The position numbers were made by a program, and so were the translations under genes. From the NCBI GenBank assembly GCA_964451415.1, contig CAYVHU010000014.1, forward strand, positions 6,521-70,520: a stretch of DNA of 64,000 nt. The letters are read 5' to 3'. This document shows positions 28,698 through 37,438 of this stretch, piece after piece; position 1 is the stretch's first letter; every line of letters begins with the position of its first letter. Under the pieces are notes generated by a model. That model was not told the origin of the DNA. It ran no database searches and saw nothing but the letters and a program-made list of their open reading frames with translations. This DNA comes from an uncultured Magnetovibrio sp. GTDB lineage: Bacteria; Pseudomonadota; Alphaproteobacteria; Rhodospirillales; Magnetovibrionaceae.

Positions 28698-29453
28698 ATG
28701 CTTAAATCTCGCATCATCCCGACCTTGTTGTATCGAGACCTTGGTTTGGTCAAAGGGATCAGTTTTGATTCCTGGCGGCGTATCGGTCCTGCGATGCAAG
28801 CCATAAAAGTTTACAATATGCGCGATGTCGATGAACTTGCGTTTCTCGATATCACGGCGACCAACGATCACCGGGAGCCGGATTATGCTCTTATCGAAAG
28901 CTTGGCGACGGAATGTTTCGCACCGTTTGCGGTCGGTGGCGGAATTTGTAAGCTGGAACACGTTCGGAAATTATTAATGGCGGGAGCGGACAAGGTCATC
29001 ATCAATACAGCTGCGGTTCAGTCTCCGGAATTTATCGGCGCCGTCGCGGATAAATTTGGAAGTCAATGCGTTGTCGTTTCTATCGACGTGCGAAAATCAA
29101 AAGATATTGGGTATGAGGTCTATACCGAATCCGCGACCAAGCCGACAGGTTTTGGCCTTGTGGAAATCATCTCTAAAGCCGAAGCGTGCGGAGCCGGTGA
29201 AATTTTGATTACGTCCATCGAACGTGATGGAACCATGAAAGGGTGCGATTTGGATCTGATCGAAATTGCATGTGAAAGTGTTTCCATCCCGGTTATAGCC
29301 TCTGGCGGGGTTGGCAATTACGACCATATGGGCCAAGCCTTGAGCGTTGGCGCTTCCGCCGTTGCTGCGGCCAGCATTTTCCATTTTACGCAACAAACGC
29401 CCTTGGAGGCTAAAAAGTATCTGCGACGTCAAGGCTATAGCGTTAGGCTTTGA
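28698..29453 (+). CDS. HisF-like cyclase subunit (glycan-locus paralog, WbuZ-type)
   Basis: 'RIIPTLLYRDLGLVKG', 'DELAFLDITA', 'GGGICKLEHVRKLLMAGADKVIINTAAV', 'GAGEILITSIERDGTMKG' and 'PVIASGGVGN'. Confidence 0.85.
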   Translation: MLKSRIIPTLLYRDLGLVKGISFDSWRRIGPAMQAIKVYNMRDVDELAFLDITATNDHREPDYALIESLATECFAPFAVGGGICKLEHVRKLLMAGADKVIINTAAVQSPEFIGAVADKFGSQCVVVSIDVRKSKDIGYEVYTESATKPTGFGLVEIISKAEACGAGEILITSIERDGTMKGCDLDLIEIACESVSIPVIASGGVGNYDHMGQALSVGASAVAAASIFHFTQQTPLEAKKYLRRQGYSVRL

Positions 29454-29515
29454 CGCAGGCGAAAGCCTGCTTGCGATCGGAAATGAAATGATGTTGGAAT
29501 CTCCTGACGTTTTGG

Positions 29516-29893
29516 TTGTGGTTGAATTCGAGGGTCAGATTGCGCAGGCTCTTGAACGCACGATGGCACATACGAAAGACGATGACCCTGTGCCCCGGTG
29601 CGTGGCTGTCGTTTGGCGAAGGGAATCCGCACAAAGCCCTGTCCACCTTCATGCGCTTGCACAAAAGCGCCATCACCCCGAGGACAAAGTTGGAGCCGAT
29701 GGACATTGACGAAGAGTTGGAAAACCTGGCTCCCGATCTGATCGCGTTCTCCGTGGAGGAGTTGTCCCGGACCAGGCTTGCACAGGCAAACCCATCCGCG
29801 CCACCAGCCAATCAGAACCAGCCAAAAGTCGGAAGGAACGATCCGTGCCCCTGCGGCTCCGGAAAGAAATTCAAAAAATGCAGCCTGAACTGA
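29516..29893 (+). CDS. small SEC-C-motif protein, possibly a gene remnant
   Basis: C-terminal '[17 protein letters not shown]' is the SecA-type SEC-C metal-binding motif. The N-terminal part looks non-genic, and an overlapping frame (29478..29709) is also open, which suggests a frameshifted relic. Confidence 0.35.
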   Translation: MWLNSRVRLRRLLNARWHIRKTMTLCPGAWLSFGEGNPHKALSTFMRLHKSAITPRTKLEPMDIDEELENLAPDLIAFSVEELSRTRLAQANPSAPPANQNQPKVGRNDPCPCGSGKKFKKCSLN

Positions 29894-29968
29894 AATCATA
29901 AACCGCGTGGTTTCCCGGACGTTTACGAAGAAATCAAGATTTACGGAACAGCAAATCGCCTTTATTTT

Positions 29969-30200
29969 GAAGCCCTCGTTGTCGGCACGGCGGTGGTATC
30001 GTTCCAACTCGACACGAACGGCAAATTTGAATTCTATGGGACTTCGTTGTGATTAAACAGCTAGTGCCGATGGCGCGCAGGACCGACAGGTTGGCCCCCT
30101 TGATCGATGAGGCCCTGATGCGCAGCGTGACGGCGGTGCGCGACAAGGTCGGTGTTTTGTATAAAGACGGCCCTTGCGCACTGCATTGACGGTATACGGC
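29969..30200 (+). pseudogene. decayed 3' remnant of the GT-B-like gene (paralog of 25585..25815)
   Basis: Translates 'EALVVGTAVVSFQLDTNGKFEFYGTS' (compare 'EALVVGTAAVSFQPDTNGKFEFYGTS' in the intact gene), then hits stops ('tgattaa') and frame breaks. No N-terminal part is present. Confidence 0.7.
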
Positions 30201-30220
30201 GAAATAACGAATAGTACGGG

Positions 30221-31012
30221 GTGAACACGTTGAAAGTTGCAGCCATTATTGAAGCCCGCATGCGGTCCTCACGCCTGCCGGGGAAGATCATGTTGCCTAT
30301 TGTGGGGAAGCCCGCCTTGGCGCATTTGTTCGAGCGGTTGAGGCGATGCAAGAATCTTGACGATGTCATCCTTGCAACCCCTGAAACGCCCTGCGACGTT
30401 GTGTTGGCGGACTTTGCGCAGCGTCAGGGCGTAAATTTTTTCCGTGGTAGCGAAAACGATGTCATGTCGCGGGTTTTATATGCCGCGCGTGAATTTGATG
30501 TCGATGTCATCGTCGAGATCACCAGCGATTGCCCTTTGGTTGACCCTGCCATGGTGGATGCGGCCATCGACCAGTTTTTTTCCGAGAAACTGGAGTATTT
30601 ATCCAACGTTATCAAGCGCACGTATCCGCGCGGTCTGGATGTCCAGATTTTCACTCGCACGGCTCTGGAGCGGGCGTTTGAGAACACCGGCGATCCGGTT
30701 GACCGGGAACATGTTGCGTTGTTTATTTACGAACACCCGGAAATTTTCAAACTGGGTCATTTCGGATGCGAAGGTACGCGGTTGGAGTGGCCAGAGCAGA
30801 GAATCACCCTGGACACGCCCGAGGATTATTTTGTTATCCGGTCCGTTTTTGAGAACCTTTATGCTGAAAACCCGGAGTTCGGTTATGTGGATATCCATGG
30901 GTTTTTGCAAAAAAACCCTGATATCGCCGCGATAAACATGGAAATTGTCCAAAAGCGAGCACGCGGTTACGATTTCACGCTCAAGGCCCGTCAGGCCTTG
31001 GGGTTGGAGTAG
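30221..31012 (+). CDS. SpsF-type cytidylyltransferase, copy 2
   Basis: 263 aa, same length as copy 1. By eye about 17 substitutions (for example A3T, E29G, D70G, T109P) and no indels. Confidence 0.8.
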   Translation: MNTLKVAAIIEARMRSSRLPGKIMLPIVGKPALAHLFERLRRCKNLDDVILATPETPCDVVLADFAQRQGVNFFRGSENDVMSRVLYAAREFDVDVIVEITSDCPLVDPAMVDAAIDQFFSEKLEYLSNVIKRTYPRGLDVQIFTRTALERAFENTGDPVDREHVALFIYEHPEIFKLGHFGCEGTRLEWPEQRITLDTPEDYFVIRSVFENLYAENPEFGYVDIHGFLQKNPDIAAINMEIVQKRARGYDFTLKARQALGLE

Positions 31013-31031
31013 GTTGAGCGGGTATCATCGC

Positions 31032-31058
31032 CTGTAAGCGGATTGCCGGGGCTTACAG
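31032..31058 (+). other. stem-loop CTGTAAGC-N11-GCTTACAG (copy 2)
   Basis: Identical to 26640..26666. Confidence 0.4.
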
Positions 31059-31142
31059 TTATGGCTGTCAGGCAAACGGGTTTGCCCCGGCACGCATGCG
31101 CAGGCTTACCCTTTATATTGTGCGTGTGATCCCGACCTCCTG

Positions 31143-31457
31143 GTGCACCGGCATTTTTCGGATGCCTTCGGTGTCGGCAATACGGACCTTGATGCTGCTC
31201 AAATGTTAAAAGATGTGTGCCTTGATACGGTTAGTATATGCACGCCGACCGCTACCCATGAAGTCATTCTCAAGCAAGGCCTGGATGCGGGCGTACGTGC
31301 GATTTGGTGTGAAAAGCCCTTGGGTCGGGACGTGTTGCCTTTGCAGCGACGGGTTGCCCAGGCCGTTGATATCGACACTTCGGAGGATTACGCCCGGGTG
31401 ACAACCATGGTCGAGGTGAACGTCAGGGCCGATATGCGCACCAGGGAAGGACAATAG
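31143..31457 (+). pseudogene. fragment of a Gfo/Idh/MocA-family oxidoreductase
   Basis: 'LDTVSICTPTATHEVILKQGLDAGVRAIWCEKPL' is the end of the N-terminal Rossmann domain of this family. The GxGxxG start and the whole C-terminal domain are missing (104 aa in total). Confidence 0.55.
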
Positions 31458-31458
31458 C

Positions 31459-33378
31459 TTGAGTACGAAGCAGAACAAGGTTGTGGTTTTTCGCTGGTTG
31501 TCATGGATGAATTTGCCTGTGGCCTTGCTGATGCGTTTGTTTGGTATGCGCGTTGTGTTCATTGAGACAACAAATCGGCTGCGCTCTCTGTGCGGACATG
31601 CTCGCCTTGACGCACTGGGCCTGGAATGGGTCAATTATCCCGCTTACAAAGGATATCAAGTCGATGCCGAACTGAAGCTTGTGCCCGCTTTTGCGCTGAA
31701 GATTCTTGAGACTTCTTTTGGCACCCTTGAATGTGATGTGCTTATACAAAACGTTTCAGCATTACAAGGCGACGAGGGGAAGGCACGGGCTGTGTTGTTG
31801 GCTGTTTTGCAAACGTCTCTAGAGCCATACGCTCACTCTTATGCCCTTGCAGAATATTTTCAAGAAAACGGGATGCAGGCCTACATTTTCCAGGCACGCG
31901 ATGTGTTTTGTGCAATGCTGAACGATCCCAGGATTACAAGGGTTCGTAATCTCAATCCGTTCTTTCGCGTGCCTTGGGTGCTTTTGAGACAAATTGCCAA
32001 TGTGATTTCGGCAAGATCTATGCGGCGGCTTCGGCAGGTTCTCAGAACACGAACCCAAGGACATGCGACGCATTGCGCTGATGTGGAAAGCACCCCTGCT
32101 TACGCGCCAAAGGTTTTGTATTTCCCCCACAAAGGGATCAGTTACGGGGACTTGTTCCTTAAGGATCAATACTATGTCGACGATCCGGACAGCCCTTTCC
32201 ATCGGGAGCGGATCCAGCATGTGGAATTGAACTGGATGTTGTCACAAGCTGAGCGTAAGTCCATTGCCGCAGATTATGAAAAGCATGGTCTTAATGTGGA
32301 GTTTGTGGATCTCCCTCAAATTTCGGTAGACACTGTTGTGCGCGGTATGGTCGTTATGGCCAAGGTGCTATTTGGGCGCCCGAGATTTCTGACCAAGACC
32401 TTGATGTTTGCCCGAATTTTGAAACAAGTGAGTGCGTGTGAGAAAGCTTTTTCACATTATTCAGGTGCTCAGGTCGCACTCCTTGGGCATGACTATTTAT
32501 TTCCGAAGATCGCTATCGTTGCTCTTCAAGCTATTGGTGTTAAAGTTGTTGCCGTGCAGGAAAGATTTGTTAGTGCATTTATTCCTTCGCATTCTATACT
32601 TGCTGACGTTTATTGTGTTCACGGAAATCTTGTTAAACGACAACTTGAAAAAGCACCCTACGCGCACATTAAGACTTTGAGTGTTACCGGAGATCCCAGA
32701 GCGTCTAAAATTTTTCAATATCAAGATGTGGCTCTGGCGGAAAGAGCAGAGCGGTTTTCGGCTTTTCGTAACGTCTGTCTTGTCCTTGATTTTCATTCCG
32801 ATCCGGACCCCTTCGCAAATGCGATGTACTGCCATGCCTGCAACTGGTCCAGTAATATATATTTTTACGAGGTCGTGGCCAGGCTTGCCGAGGATCACCC
32901 CGAATGTATGTTTATTATTCGAGGCAAAAATGCAAAGTGGTTGAATATCCCCGCATTGCGGAGCGTTGCCTTACGCTTGGACGCCTATCCCAATGTGATT
33001 GTTGATCAGCGTTACGATTTAATGGATCGTTCTTATTGTCTGGCTGCAATGGCAGATATTATTATTGCCCGTCAGACGTCACTTTGTGACCAGTGTCTGG
33101 CGGCAGGTCGCCCTGTCTTGATATATGATGTGTTGGAAAATGGTGATCCCATTGTTGCCCCGTGGTTCGATTATGAGCCGTTTTCGATTCTGATCAACAA
33201 TGAACAAGATCTGCACCGACGCTTTCATGATGTACTTTATGCAGATGATTATATATCAGAAGAATTGTTTCGTGAAATGCGTCAGGACCACTACAACGTC
33301 ACATCGGATGCAGACGTTATCGCCGCCCCTCAACGTGTGAAATCAGTCGTTCATGGGGTTTTGGATCGGAACCTTTAA
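31459..33378 (+). CDS. large hypothetical protein (639 aa), possibly a GT-B-like/polymer-forming transferase
   Basis: AT-richer ORF. C-terminal half 'VALLGHDYLFPKIAIVALQAIGVKVVAVQERF...', 'FIIRGKNAKW' and 'MADIIIARQTSLCDQCLAAGRPVLIYD' resemble Rossmann-like transferase halves. No firm family assignment. Confidence 0.5.
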   Translation: MSTKQNKVVVFRWLSWMNLPVALLMRLFGMRVVFIETTNRLRSLCGHARLDALGLEWVNYPAYKGYQVDAELKLVPAFALKILETSFGTLECDVLIQNVSALQGDEGKARAVLLAVLQTSLEPYAHSYALAEYFQENGMQAYIFQARDVFCAMLNDPRITRVRNLNPFFRVPWVLLRQIANVISARSMRRLRQVLRTRTQGHATHCADVESTPAYAPKVLYFPHKGISYGDLFLKDQYYVDDPDSPFHRERIQHVELNWMLSQAERKSIAADYEKHGLNVEFVDLPQISVDTVVRGMVVMAKVLFGRPRFLTKTLMFARILKQVSACEKAFSHYSGAQVALLGHDYLFPKIAIVALQAIGVKVVAVQERFVSAFIPSHSILADVYCVHGNLVKRQLEKAPYAHIKTLSVTGDPRASKIFQYQDVALAERAERFSAFRNVCLVLDFHSDPDPFANAMYCHACNWSSNIYFYEVVARLAEDHPECMFIIRGKNAKWLNIPALRSVALRLDAYPNVIVDQRYDLMDRSYCLAAMADIIIARQTSLCDQCLAAGRPVLIYDVLENGDPIVAPWFDYEPFSILINNEQDLHRRFHDVLYADDYISEELFREMRQDHYNVTSDADVIAAPQRVKSVVHGVLDRNL

Positions 33379-34886
33379 TGTGCGACAATCGAGCTGTCTT
33401 CTACACACAGGCTTCATCTGTGATTGGTGGGGGGCATGTCATGCGTTGTCTTTCATTGGCGGAACGATTGCAGGCGATGGGGTGGTCGAGCACATTTATT
33501 TGTACGCCCGAAACCCTGAAAATTATTTCTTCTTTCACTTTGGGATCGCTTGAAATTTGTGTGATTGATCAGCGCGAATGGGGCTCAGTAGACGCTTTGT
33601 CGGCTGTCTTTTCTGAAACTTGTGATGTTTTGATCATTGATGATTACAAGATTGAACGCACATTCGAATCCAAGTGTAGATCTTGGGCAAAACGGATTGT
33701 AATTATTGATGATCTTGCGGATCGTTGCCACGACTGTGACGTGCTGATTGACCAGAGCGCGGGTCGGGATTCCGCAGATTACCGTGATCTCACGTCGGAT
33801 AAAACCACTCTATTACTCGGGACTGATTATGCCTTGTTGCGCCCTGAATTTGCCAATAAGCGTGGGGCTTCTATTGCGCGCCGAAAACGGGCCGGGACGA
33901 CAAAGCGCATTTTGGTGTCTCTAGGGATGACGGATCCTTCTCATGTAACCGGCGCCGTGCTAAGCGCTTTTGATCAGTGCGCGATTGATATGGAAGTGGA
34001 GGTTGTTCTTGGTTCTTCGGCACCACATTTGGATAAGGTGCGCGCGCAAATCGAAACCATGAAAACCCCAGTACACCTTCATGTGGACCATCCTCGGATC
34101 GCAGATTTGATGGTGCAGGCCGACCTCGCCATTGGTGCAGCCGGAAGCACATCTTGGGAACGGTGTTGCTTGGGGTTGCCTTGCTTGATGGTTGTCATTG
34201 CGGATAACCAGCGCGAAATTTCCAAGGCACTGGAAGCGCGTGGTGTTGCGATTGTCTTGGGCGATACAAGGCATTTTTCCTCACAAATCATCCCGGAGAT
34301 CTTGAAAAAGGTGTTTGATGATCCAGACCGTCTGTCTCAAATGTCAACCCGCGCGCTGGACGTATGTGATGGCCTTGGTGTAGCGCGTGTTCTGAACGCA
34401 CTTGTTCCTGTTTATGCGCAAAGAGGAGTGTGTGTTTGTTCCCGCCCGGTTCGAAATTCGGATGTGCAATTGATTTACGGCTGGCAGAGAATGGAAGGTG
34501 CGCGGATATATTGTCGCAATCCCACGCCTCCCACTTGGGACGAACACGTTGAATGGTTCGAACGCCGCCTGCACCAGGTTACGGGCGTATTCGAATTATT
34601 GGAGGTGCATGGAGAGCCGGTCGGGGTTGTGCGTTTGGACCCGTTTGATCATCAGGAAAATGAATATGAGGTCTCTATTCTCGTGGCACTCGACCGGCAA
34701 GGACAAGGCGTGGGCACGGCCGGTTTGGAAATTTTACATCGTCTTATGCCTGAGGGCATAATGTGGGCTCATATCCTGAGCGCTAACGAAGCCTCGCGGA
34801 AAATGTTTCGCCGGGCGGGTTTTTTCTCCGTTGAAGAAGAATTATTTTGCCGTACTCCGGGAGAATCCCAAAACTTTGAAGTGTAA
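33378..34886 (+). CDS. bifunctional PseG (UDP-2,4-diacetamido-2,4,6-trideoxy-beta-L-altropyranose hydrolase) / PseH-like GNAT N-acetyltransferase fusion
   Basis: N-terminal 'FYTQASSVIGGGHVMRCLSLAERLQAMGW' (PseG signature). C-terminal 'RPVRNSDVQLIYGWQ...WDEHVEWF...VALDRQGQGVGTAGLEILH...NEASRKMFRRAGF' (GNAT). Confidence 0.8.
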   Translation: MCDNRAVFYTQASSVIGGGHVMRCLSLAERLQAMGWSSTFICTPETLKIISSFTLGSLEICVIDQREWGSVDALSAVFSETCDVLIIDDYKIERTFESKCRSWAKRIVIIDDLADRCHDCDVLIDQSAGRDSADYRDLTSDKTTLLLGTDYALLRPEFANKRGASIARRKRAGTTKRILVSLGMTDPSHVTGAVLSAFDQCAIDMEVEVVLGSSAPHLDKVRAQIETMKTPVHLHVDHPRIADLMVQADLAIGAAGSTSWERCCLGLPCLMVVIADNQREISKALEARGVAIVLGDTRHFSSQIIPEILKKVFDDPDRLSQMSTRALDVCDGLGVARVLNALVPVYAQRGVCVCSRPVRNSDVQLIYGWQRMEGARIYCRNPTPPTWDEHVEWFERRLHQVTGVFELLEVHGEPVGVVRLDPFDHQENEYEVSILVALDRQGQGVGTAGLEILHRLMPEGIMWAHILSANEASRKMFRRAGFFSVEEELFCRTPGESQNFEV

Positions 34887-34906
34887 TGTATTGAGACGTG
34901 AAATAG

Positions 34907-35983
34907 ATGCCTTTAGTTAAATCACAAGATATGGAAAACAGTATTATTCATGACCGCTCCATCGGTGCAGGTTGTTCGCCGTACATTATTGCGGAACTGT
35001 CGGGCAATCATAATGGTAAATTGGATCGTGCCCTTGCAATCATGGAGGCCGCTAAAGCGGCCGGTGCTGACGCCCTCAAGTTGCAGACCTATACCGCTGA
35101 CACGTTAACAATTGACTGCGATGGTCCGGGGTTTGTTTTGAAGGGCGGCTTGTGGCATGGCCGAACGTTGTATGATTTGTACAGTGAAGCTTCAACGCCT
35201 TGGGCATGGCATGAAGTTTTATTCGCCAAGGGACGGGAATTGGGGCTTAGCGTATTGAGTTCTCCGTTCGATGAAACGGCGGTCGATTTTCTTGAAGATT
35301 TAGGCTGCCCAGCCTACAAGATCGCTTCGTTTGAAGCCGCCGATTTTCCGCTGATTGAAAAAGTGGCGTCAACGGGTAAGCCGATGATTGTTTCTACGGG
35401 AATGATCTCAGAAGATGAAATAGATGAACTTGTGGCTTGTATCAAACGAGCAGGAGGAGGCCCGTTAACCCTCTTGCATTGTGTCAGTGCATATCCGGCA
35501 TTGCCGGAATCTTGTAATTTGCGGACACTACCCCGCTTGGCCGAAAAGTATGGCTGTGTTGTCGGTTTGTCTGATCATACCATGGGGACAGCTGTATCGA
35601 TTGCGGCCGTAGCAGTGGGCGCATCTGTGATCGAAAAACATGTGACCTTGTGCCGTTCCGATGGCGGGCCAGATGCGGCATTTTCCCTTGAGCCCAACGA
35701 ACTGGGCGACTTGGTGCGGGATTGTCGTATAACTTGGGCGGCCCTGGGGGACGTGCGGTTTGGGCAACAAAAAGAGGCGGAAGAAAACCTCGTTTTTCGA
35801 CGCTCACTGTATGCTGTGCAAGATATTTTCGCTGGGGAACGGTTGAGCTATGAAAACGTTAGATCTATTCGTCCGGGATATGGCTTGCCTCCCCAAATGA
35901 TTTCTAAAGTCGTTGGCAAAACAGCGACGGTCAATATAAAACGCGGAACGCCAATGTCTTGGGATTTATGCGATGAAACGTGA
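34907..35983 (+). CDS. pseI: pseudaminic acid synthase
   Basis: 'PYIIAELSGNHNGKLDRALAIMEAAKAAGADALKLQTYTADTLT', 'LLHCVSAYPA', 'GLSDHTMGTAVSIAAVAVGASVIEKHVTL' and a C-terminal SAF domain. Confidence 0.85.
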   Translation: MPLVKSQDMENSIIHDRSIGAGCSPYIIAELSGNHNGKLDRALAIMEAAKAAGADALKLQTYTADTLTIDCDGPGFVLKGGLWHGRTLYDLYSEASTPWAWHEVLFAKGRELGLSVLSSPFDETAVDFLEDLGCPAYKIASFEAADFPLIEKVASTGKPMIVSTGMISEDEIDELVACIKRAGGGPLTLLHCVSAYPALPESCNLRTLPRLAEKYGCVVGLSDHTMGTAVSIAAVAVGASVIEKHVTLCRSDGGPDAAFSLEPNELGDLVRDCRITWAALGDVRFGQQKEAEENLVFRRSLYAVQDIFAGERLSYENVRSIRPGYGLPPQMISKVVGKTATVNIKRGTPMSWDLCDET

Positions 35984-36110
35984 CGTGATCAAGACGTCAT
36001 TTCCTGGCCGGATTATGTCGACGAAACTGAGGCCAATGCTTCTGGGGGTCGTGCCTTTGCCAATGTGCCGATGCTGAACCAGCTGACGGCGGCAATCAAT
36101 ACCATTCCGG

Positions 36111-36449
36111 TTGGGGTCTCGCTTGTTGGCGGTGCTGGTGCGCGCCATGCTGTCCCAACCCGATGTGTTGGTTCTGGATGAAGCGACGAGCCATTTGGAT
36201 ACCATTACCGCGTCGGCAATCCAGCGTGCAATTCAAGAAGTTTGTACCCATCACACGGTGGTGATCGTTGCGCATCGCTTGTCCACGATTCGCTACGCTG
36301 AGCGCCTTGTGGTGATGGAAGCGGGTAAAGTTGCTGAAATTGACAACCATGACGAATTGTTTGAAAAGGGTGACGTTTACCGGCGCCTGTTTGATAGCCA
36401 GAAGTTGGATCTGAACGTGAACGAGGGCGCACAACATGACATCGCTTAA
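36111..36449 (+). pseudogene. C-terminal remnant of an ABC-transporter ATPase domain
   Basis: 'PDVLVLDEATSHLD' (Walker B), 'VVIVAHRLSTIRYAERLVVMEAGKVAEIDNHDELF' and 'YRRLFDSQ'. No Walker A, signature motif or TM domain. In-frame stops lie just upstream (36075, 36084). Confidence 0.6.
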
Positions 36450-37431
36450 AGCCGTCATCACCACCGTGCCGTTCGGCGCTATTGATCCCAAGCCCATCGA
36501 ACTTCTGGAAGGTGCCGGACTGGCGTACGAGATCAATCCCCTTGGGCGTAAGCTGCGTCCCGAAGAAGTGGCAGGTGTGATCGGTGATGCTGACATCGTC
36601 ATTGCGGGAACCGAACCCATTACCGCCGATGTGATGGCTGCATGTGCGAATCTGAAAGCCATTTGCCGCGTTGGTATCGGGTTGGACAGCGTGGATTTGC
36701 TGGCGGCGCGTAAACGCAACATCGGGGTGTCGTTTACTCCCGACGGGCCGTCGCCCGCAGTGGCGGAACTGACCATAGGTTTGATCGTCGATTTGCTACG
36801 TGAAGTCACCAAGGCGGATCGCGATATCCGCGTGGGAACCTGGTTTCGTAAGGCCGGACGGCGTGTGTCTGAATGCACAGTGGGGGTGATCGGCTGCGGG
36901 CGCGCCGGCGGCAGGGTGATCCGCCACCTGGTGGGCGGCTTTCCCGGTGTGAAGGTGCTCGCCAACGACCTTCGCAAGGTACCGGAACTGGACGGACTGG
37001 TTACGTGGACGGACAAGAAAACGATTTACCGAGAATGCGACGTGATCACGCTTCATGTCCCTCTGACCCCGGAAACGCAAAACCTGATTTCCGCAAAGGA
37101 ATTGGCAGATTTCAAGGCGCGAGCGATACTGTTGAACACAGCGCGTGGCGGCGTGGTGAACGAGGTTGATCTGGCGTGCGCTTTGCGTGACGGTATTCTG
37201 GGGGCCGCGGCCATAGATGCTTTTGAAGAAGAGCCGTATAAGGGCGAATTGTGTGGTCTGGACAACGTGGTGTTGACCTGTCACTTGGGATCGATGAGTG
37301 AAGATTGCCGTGCGCGCATGGAAATCGAAGCCACGCAAGAAGCCATACGTTTTGTTCAGGGCAAGCCTTTCTCCACGCCTGTTCCTGAAGACGAATATGC
37401 TATGGCTGCACGCTTGATGGATAGGAACTAG
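36436..37431 (+). CDS. D-isomer-specific 2-hydroxyacid dehydrogenase (phosphoglycerate dehydrogenase-like)
   Basis: 'VGVIGCGRAGGRVIRHL' (NAD fold), 'ECDVITLHVPLTPETQNLI', 'LLNTARGGVVNE' and 'AAAIDAFEEEP'. Confidence 0.8.
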   Translation: MTSLKAVITTVPFGAIDPKPIELLEGAGLAYEINPLGRKLRPEEVAGVIGDADIVIAGTEPITADVMAACANLKAICRVGIGLDSVDLLAARKRNIGVSFTPDGPSPAVAELTIGLIVDLLREVTKADRDIRVGTWFRKAGRRVSECTVGVIGCGRAGGRVIRHLVGGFPGVKVLANDLRKVPELDGLVTWTDKKTIYRECDVITLHVPLTPETQNLISAKELADFKARAILLNTARGGVVNEVDLACALRDGILGAAAIDAFEEEPYKGELCGLDNVVLTCHLGSMSEDCRARMEIEATQEAIRFVQGKPFSTPVPEDEYAMAARLMDRN

Positions 37432-37438
37432 GGCGATT

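Larger units (their letters stand above)
29969..31072 (+). repeat. direct repeat copy 2 (about 1.1 kb)
   Basis: Aligns to 25585..26680. The cytidylyltransferase part is well conserved. The upstream part is more diverged, with indels and stops. Confidence 0.85.

Noticed and set aside
29347-29709. A 120-aa ORF overlapping the 3' end of the HisF-like gene.
   Set aside because: Its first third is out of frame within a confident gene. The remainder has no motif and competes with the SEC-C frame, so it is probably part of a decayed relic rather than a gene.
31459-33378. The 639-aa and 606-aa unknown proteins as Maf-type (DUF115) flagellin NulO transferases.
   Set aside because: I could not find the GNGPS-like nucleotide-binding signature or other DUF115 features. 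The domain layout looks GT-B-like instead, so a Maf call is unsupported.
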